In this document: positions 24,312 through 28,013 of the stretch, piece after piece
How the letters are laid out: every line of letters starts with the position of its first letter
Numbering within the stretch: position 1 is the first letter of the stretch
Origin: Promethearchaeota archaeon
Lineage (GTDB): Archaea; Asgardarchaeota; Lokiarchaeia; Sigyniarchaeales; SOKP01
Direction of reading: 5' to 3'
Assembly: GCA_019058365.1 (NCBI GenBank)
Contig: JAHPZE010000044.1
Location: 1 to 28,013 of the forward strand
Length of the DNA: 28,013 nt
Made by a program: the position numbers and the translations under genes
The notes under the pieces: generated by a model
What the model saw: only the letters and a program-made list of their open reading frames with translations
Databases searched by the model: none
What the model was told of the DNA's origin: nothing

Positions 24312-24866
24312 ATGAGAAGTAAGATAATTATTTTTTTGTTGTGTGTGTTATTATTGGCTGGATTTTATTTTATTGGAGATATTTTAAAAAATTATAAGGG
24401 AACAAATTATAAGATTAAAATAGCTGATTATGATGATTCAAATGTTTACGGTTATAGTGATTATTTCTCAATTAATAATGGATCAGGAACAATTACAATA
24501 ACCAGTCCTATTAATTCTACTTCATGGGAAGCTGGTAATTGGTATTTTATTAAGTGGAATTCAACAGGTACTATTATACTTGTAGATATTGAAACATACA
24601 AAGGAAATGCTTTAAAGTATTCTATAAAGAATGTATCTAATACAGGTGTTTATTATTGGTTGATTGATGAAGATATTGAAGCTGGAACAGATTGGAGGAT
24701 TAAAATTATTAATTCTGATGATTCAAATCAATATGATTGGAGCGATTATTTCGAGATATTTAGAAGGGAATCACCAGGTCTACCAATACCTGGATATAAT
24801 TATTACGTGATAATTAGTCTGATATTCATTTTTTCGACTCTAGCAATCAGAAGAATGAAAAAATAA
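24312..24866 (+). CDS. Small secreted Ig-like (Kre9/KNH1-N, 'Ser-Thr-rich GPI-anchored' type) protein with Loki-CTERM-like tail
   Basis: Signal/anchor MRSKIIIFLLCVLLLAGFYFI; domain ITITSP..SWEAG..Y.IKW...VDIETYKG...NTGVYYW.I...GTDWRIKI...SDYFEI; tail IPGYNYYVIISLIFIFSTLAIRRMKK. Confidence 0.75.
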   Translation: MRSKIIIFLLCVLLLAGFYFIGDILKNYKGTNYKIKIADYDDSNVYGYSDYFSINNGSGTITITSPINSTSWEAGNWYFIKWNSTGTIILVDIETYKGNALKYSIKNVSNTGVYYWLIDEDIEAGTDWRIKIINSDDSNQYDWSDYFEIFRRESPGLPIPGYNYYVIISLIFIFSTLAIRRMKK

Positions 24867-24886
24867 TTTAGATTTAGAAATAAAAA

Positions 24887-26104
24887 TTATAACTTTTCAA
24901 TACACTTAAAAAGCGTATCGGATAATATTTTTTCCCGAGGATCTCCAACTAAATAAAAGCCGGATTTATTCATCCCATAACAAAATCCAACTTGATTTGT
25001 AGGATCAGCATAAGCAAAAGAGCCGCCAGCTCCAGGTGTGCCAAAAGCATTTTCATCTGAACCAAATAAAAAGTCTGGTGAGGGTTTTATAAACCCAAGA
25101 GAGAACCGTGAATTAAGATGAAGTACTTGATCAAGAGGTCCCAAATCTGGAACAGCTGCTGGTTCCATTAAAGCATTCAGTGTTTCTTGTTTAATACTTA
25201 ATTCTTTTCCACCAGTTGCGAAAAAGCTATATAATTTTGCAACGTCTCGCACCTGAACTATCCCGTTTGCAGCTGGTAATTCTATTCTGCGTAATTCTCG
25301 TTGGTTATAACTTTTAACGGTTTGCAACAGTTTAGGATTAGAAAAAGTTCTATTTGTAATAGTACCTTTTTTAAGGAATGCTTTTACAAAAGCTTTAGGA
25401 AGTTTTTTAGTGTTAAAAATCATTCGAAGCCGGTATAATGGCGCATAAATATTCGCAATTCGATCATCTGGCACTTCATCTGGTAATCCAATATAAATCT
25501 CTAAACCCAAAGGTTTTGCAATCTCATCGCGAAAGAATTGACCAATAGTTCGATGTTGAGGATCAGTTCTTCTGATTAATTCACTCTCATACCATCCAAG
25601 TGTAATACCATGATATCCATGTAGTTTTCCAGGTTCCCATAACGGCTTTTGTTTTGCAATTGCGGATTCCATCTTGTCGGGATCCCCTAGAGTTTCTAAA
25701 TCTAAAGGTTCATCAATTGCGCACAATCCTGCCTTATGTGAAAGTAATTGCCTTACTGTAATATTTTCTTTGTCATTTTGAGCAAAATTAGGCCAATATT
25801 TTGAAACCTTCTCATCATATTCAAAATATCCCTTCGTATGTGCAAGGGCACACGCCAATCCAGAAATACCTTTAGTTGTAGAAAAAACAAGAACTAATGT
25901 ATCTTCCTTCCAAGGATCACGGGTTTTTGCATCACGATATCCACCCCATAAATCTACAACCTTCTTTCCTTTATAATAAGCAGCACATGCTGCTCCAACC
26001 TCTTCTCCTTTTCTAAAAGTATTAATAAATTCTTCTTTCACTTCTCCAAATCCAGGTTCGATAAACCCATGGATCATTGACTCATTAATTTTAAATTTAG
26101 ACAT
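24887..26104 (-). CDS. Serine hydrolase, beta-lactamase class C-like / family VIII esterase
   Basis: VVDLWGG, FSTTK (SxxK), YWPNF, TVRQLLSHKAGL, PG..HGYHG (catalytic Tyr), PAANG, FGTPGAGGS..ADP. Confidence 0.9.
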   Translation of the reverse strand: MSKFKINESMIHGFIEPGFGEVKEEFINTFRKGEEVGAACAAYYKGKKVVDLWGGYRDAKTRDPWKEDTLVLVFSTTKGISGLACALAHTKGYFEYDEKVSKYWPNFAQNDKENITVRQLLSHKAGLCAIDEPLDLETLGDPDKMESAIAKQKPLWEPGKLHGYHGITLGWYESELIRRTDPQHRTIGQFFRDEIAKPLGLEIYIGLPDEVPDDRIANIYAPLYRLRMIFNTKKLPKAFVKAFLKKGTITNRTFSNPKLLQTVKSYNQRELRRIELPAANGIVQVRDVAKLYSFFATGGKELSIKQETLNALMEPAAVPDLGPLDQVLHLNSRFSLGFIKPSPDFLFGSDENAFGTPGAGGSFAYADPTNQVGFCYGMNKSGFYLVGDPREKILSDTLFKCIEKL

Positions 26105-26430
26105 TTTTAATCATTAATTTTTGTAAAAAGAAAATTACGTATTATTAAGAAAGTTAAGTTATAGAATACAATGGTATCAAATTTAAACTTTTGTATCTTG
26201 ATAGAGCGGGTGAATTTAATAAGAATACCCTCCTCATAAATCTAAAAGGTTTTAAATTAACCTAAATCTCCTAATAGATACATTTACATGAATTCTCGAA
26301 AGAAATCTAAGCTCTGCAACCGTTTCATGAATTTTTTGTAGCTATTAAAACGAAGTTTTTAACAAAAATAAACTTCATATACTCTTGATTCAAAATATTT
26401 TTTATATTTATTACTATTTTACATATAATT

Positions 26431-27909
26431 ATGACAATTGTAGAAGTAAATTGTGGAAAAATAAAAGGTTATACTGAAAATAATTTGCATATTTTTAAAG
26501 GGATTCCTTATGCGGAACCTCCTATTGGTGATTTACGTTTTAGTCCTCCACAAGCAAAAAAAGCTTGGAGTGGTGTGTTAGAAACTACGGAATTTGGACC
26601 TTGTGCATTTCAAGGATATACTCCGCTTGAAGATGTAACCGGAAAACTGCAACCTGAAAGCGAAGATTGTTTAACACTTAATATTTGGACTCCTGCTATT
26701 GATAATAAGAAAAGACCAGTAATGTTTTGGATACATGGAGGGGCTTTCATTATGGGGGGAGGTAGAAGCCCCATCTATGATGGTTCCACATTAGCTCAAC
26801 GTGGTGACGTTGTTATAGTAACGATAAATTACAGATTAGGTGCTTTTGGATATCTTTTCATTCCTGGTGTGACTGCAAATGTAGGACAACTAGATCAGAT
26901 TTTAGCGTTAAAATGGGTCCATGATAATATTGCTAAATTTGGGGGTGATCCTGATAATATTACGATTTTTGGAGAATCTGCAGGTGCATATGCGGTTATT
27001 ACATTAATAGCGATGCCCGCTGCTAAGGGTCTCTTTCGTCGAGTTATAGCACAAAGCATGCCAACTATCGATCCCAAAGTAACAAAAAAACCAACAAAAG
27101 ATTTGATGCGTGCTTTAGGGATTAAAACTGGAGATATTAATACATTACGTAAGATTGCTCCCGAAGAGATTATAAAAGCTCAAAATGAAATCACTAACCA
27201 AGGAGCGCTAGCCTTTCGACCTTTAATCGATGGTGAGACATTCCCCGTACATCCCTTAACCGTATTCAGGGAAGGTAAATGCAAAAATATTGATTTAATG
27301 ATGGGAACTAACCTACATGAGGCCAAACTGTTTACATCAATGAATCCCCTGACAAGTAAAATTAAGGATGAAAAAGCTATAATGCTTTATTTAGGAATGA
27401 TGGGAATAAACTCTGAGAACGCCAGAAATGTTATCGATACTTATAAAAAGGCACGATCAGGAATCTTATCAAATGAACCCAAAGAATTATTGGATTCTAT
27501 TGTTACTGATCTAATGTTTCGAGTTGCAACACTACAAATACTTGAAGCACAATCCAAATATCAGCCAAATACTTATAATTACTTATTCACTTGGGAAACT
27601 TCCGCATTTAATGGAAGATTTGGTGCTTGTCATGCCCTTGAACTTCCATTTGTATTTAATACTCTTAAAGAACCTGGAATGAAAGCTTTTGTGGCTAATG
27701 CAACGAATACAGAAAATTTATGTGAAAATATGATGGACGCGTGGCTTTCATTTGCTCATAGTGGTAATCCGAATCATGATAGAATTCCACACTGGCCCAC
27801 TTATGATAAGAAAAGCAGAACTACCCTTTTATTCGGAAAAGAATTTAAAATCGCTAATGCATTATTCGAAAAAGAGCGAAAAGCATGGGAAAGAATAATT
27901 AAGATATAA
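26431..27909 (+). CDS. Type-B carboxylesterase (para-nitrobenzyl esterase/family VII-like)
   Basis: FKGIPYAEPPIGDLRF, EDCLTLNIWTP, WIHGGAF, NYRLG, FGESAG (nucleophile Ser), GTNLHE (acid), GACHALEL (His). Confidence 0.93.
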   Translation: MTIVEVNCGKIKGYTENNLHIFKGIPYAEPPIGDLRFSPPQAKKAWSGVLETTEFGPCAFQGYTPLEDVTGKLQPESEDCLTLNIWTPAIDNKKRPVMFWIHGGAFIMGGGRSPIYDGSTLAQRGDVVIVTINYRLGAFGYLFIPGVTANVGQLDQILALKWVHDNIAKFGGDPDNITIFGESAGAYAVITLIAMPAAKGLFRRVIAQSMPTIDPKVTKKPTKDLMRALGIKTGDINTLRKIAPEEIIKAQNEITNQGALAFRPLIDGETFPVHPLTVFREGKCKNIDLMMGTNLHEAKLFTSMNPLTSKIKDEKAIMLYLGMMGINSENARNVIDTYKKARSGILSNEPKELLDSIVTDLMFRVATLQILEAQSKYQPNTYNYLFTWETSAFNGRFGACHALELPFVFNTLKEPGMKAFVANATNTENLCENMMDAWLSFAHSGNPNHDRIPHWPTYDKKSRTTLLFGKEFKIANALFEKERKAWERIIKI

Positions 27910-28013
27910 CTAATTCTTTGAAATAATTTAAATCTTGAAATTCTTTTCGATTTTTTAAATCAGTATCTAATGAAGTATTTATTTATCTTTAATTTTTTAT
28001 TTTTTTTATTCCG

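Noticed and set aside
24887-26104. Antibiotic-resistance beta-lactamase
   Set aside because: No signal peptide, and the motifs (VDLWGG, GYH, FGxxGAGGS) fit family VIII esterases rather than AmpC.
26895-27077. 60-aa - strand ORF
   Set aside because: Antisense shadow within the carboxylesterase.
1-28013. CRISPR array, tRNA/rRNA, IS elements or prophage
   Set aside because: No regularly spaced repeats, GC-rich structured RNA segments, or transposase/integrase/capsid motifs seen by eye; short structured RNAs could be missed without a covariance search.

Overview
Very AT-rich archaeal window, most likely from an Asgard archaeon of the Lokiarchaeia/Promethearchaeota. This is inferred from an archaeal TFB, an Arf-like small GTPase domain, two proteins with a Loki-CTERM-like 'IPGY + TM + basic' tail, GAGGTGA-type ribosome-binding sites and oligo-T terminators. 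About 17 intact CDSs: a helicase IV-like UvrD enzyme with topoisomerase zinc ribbons plus a stand-alone ribbon, RNase HI, TFB, ferritin, an SDR, an FAD/NADH oxidoreductase, Hsp20, two surface-anchored proteins, flavodiiron FprA, L-lactate dehydrogenase, a GH94-like enzyme, a GltD/NfnB-like Fe-S flavoprotein, an orphan membrane protein and two esterases. There is also one clear ThDP-enzyme pseudogene and several weaker gene relics. The standout is a 1130-aa signalling chimera at 15492-18884: [uDENN/longin-like]-[Arf-like GTPase]-[uDENN/longin-like]-PAS-PAS-GAF-[histidine-kinase core lacking its phospho-His and its N/G boxes]. It joins eukaryote-type GTPase modules to a prokaryotic two-component sensor that looks catalytically dead. 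Two conserved genes (TFB, oxidoreductase) have essential N-terminal motifs upstream of any ATG/GTG/TTG, pointing to ATT initiation. I saw no rRNA, tRNA, CRISPR array or transposase. All family assignments come from motif reading, not database searches.
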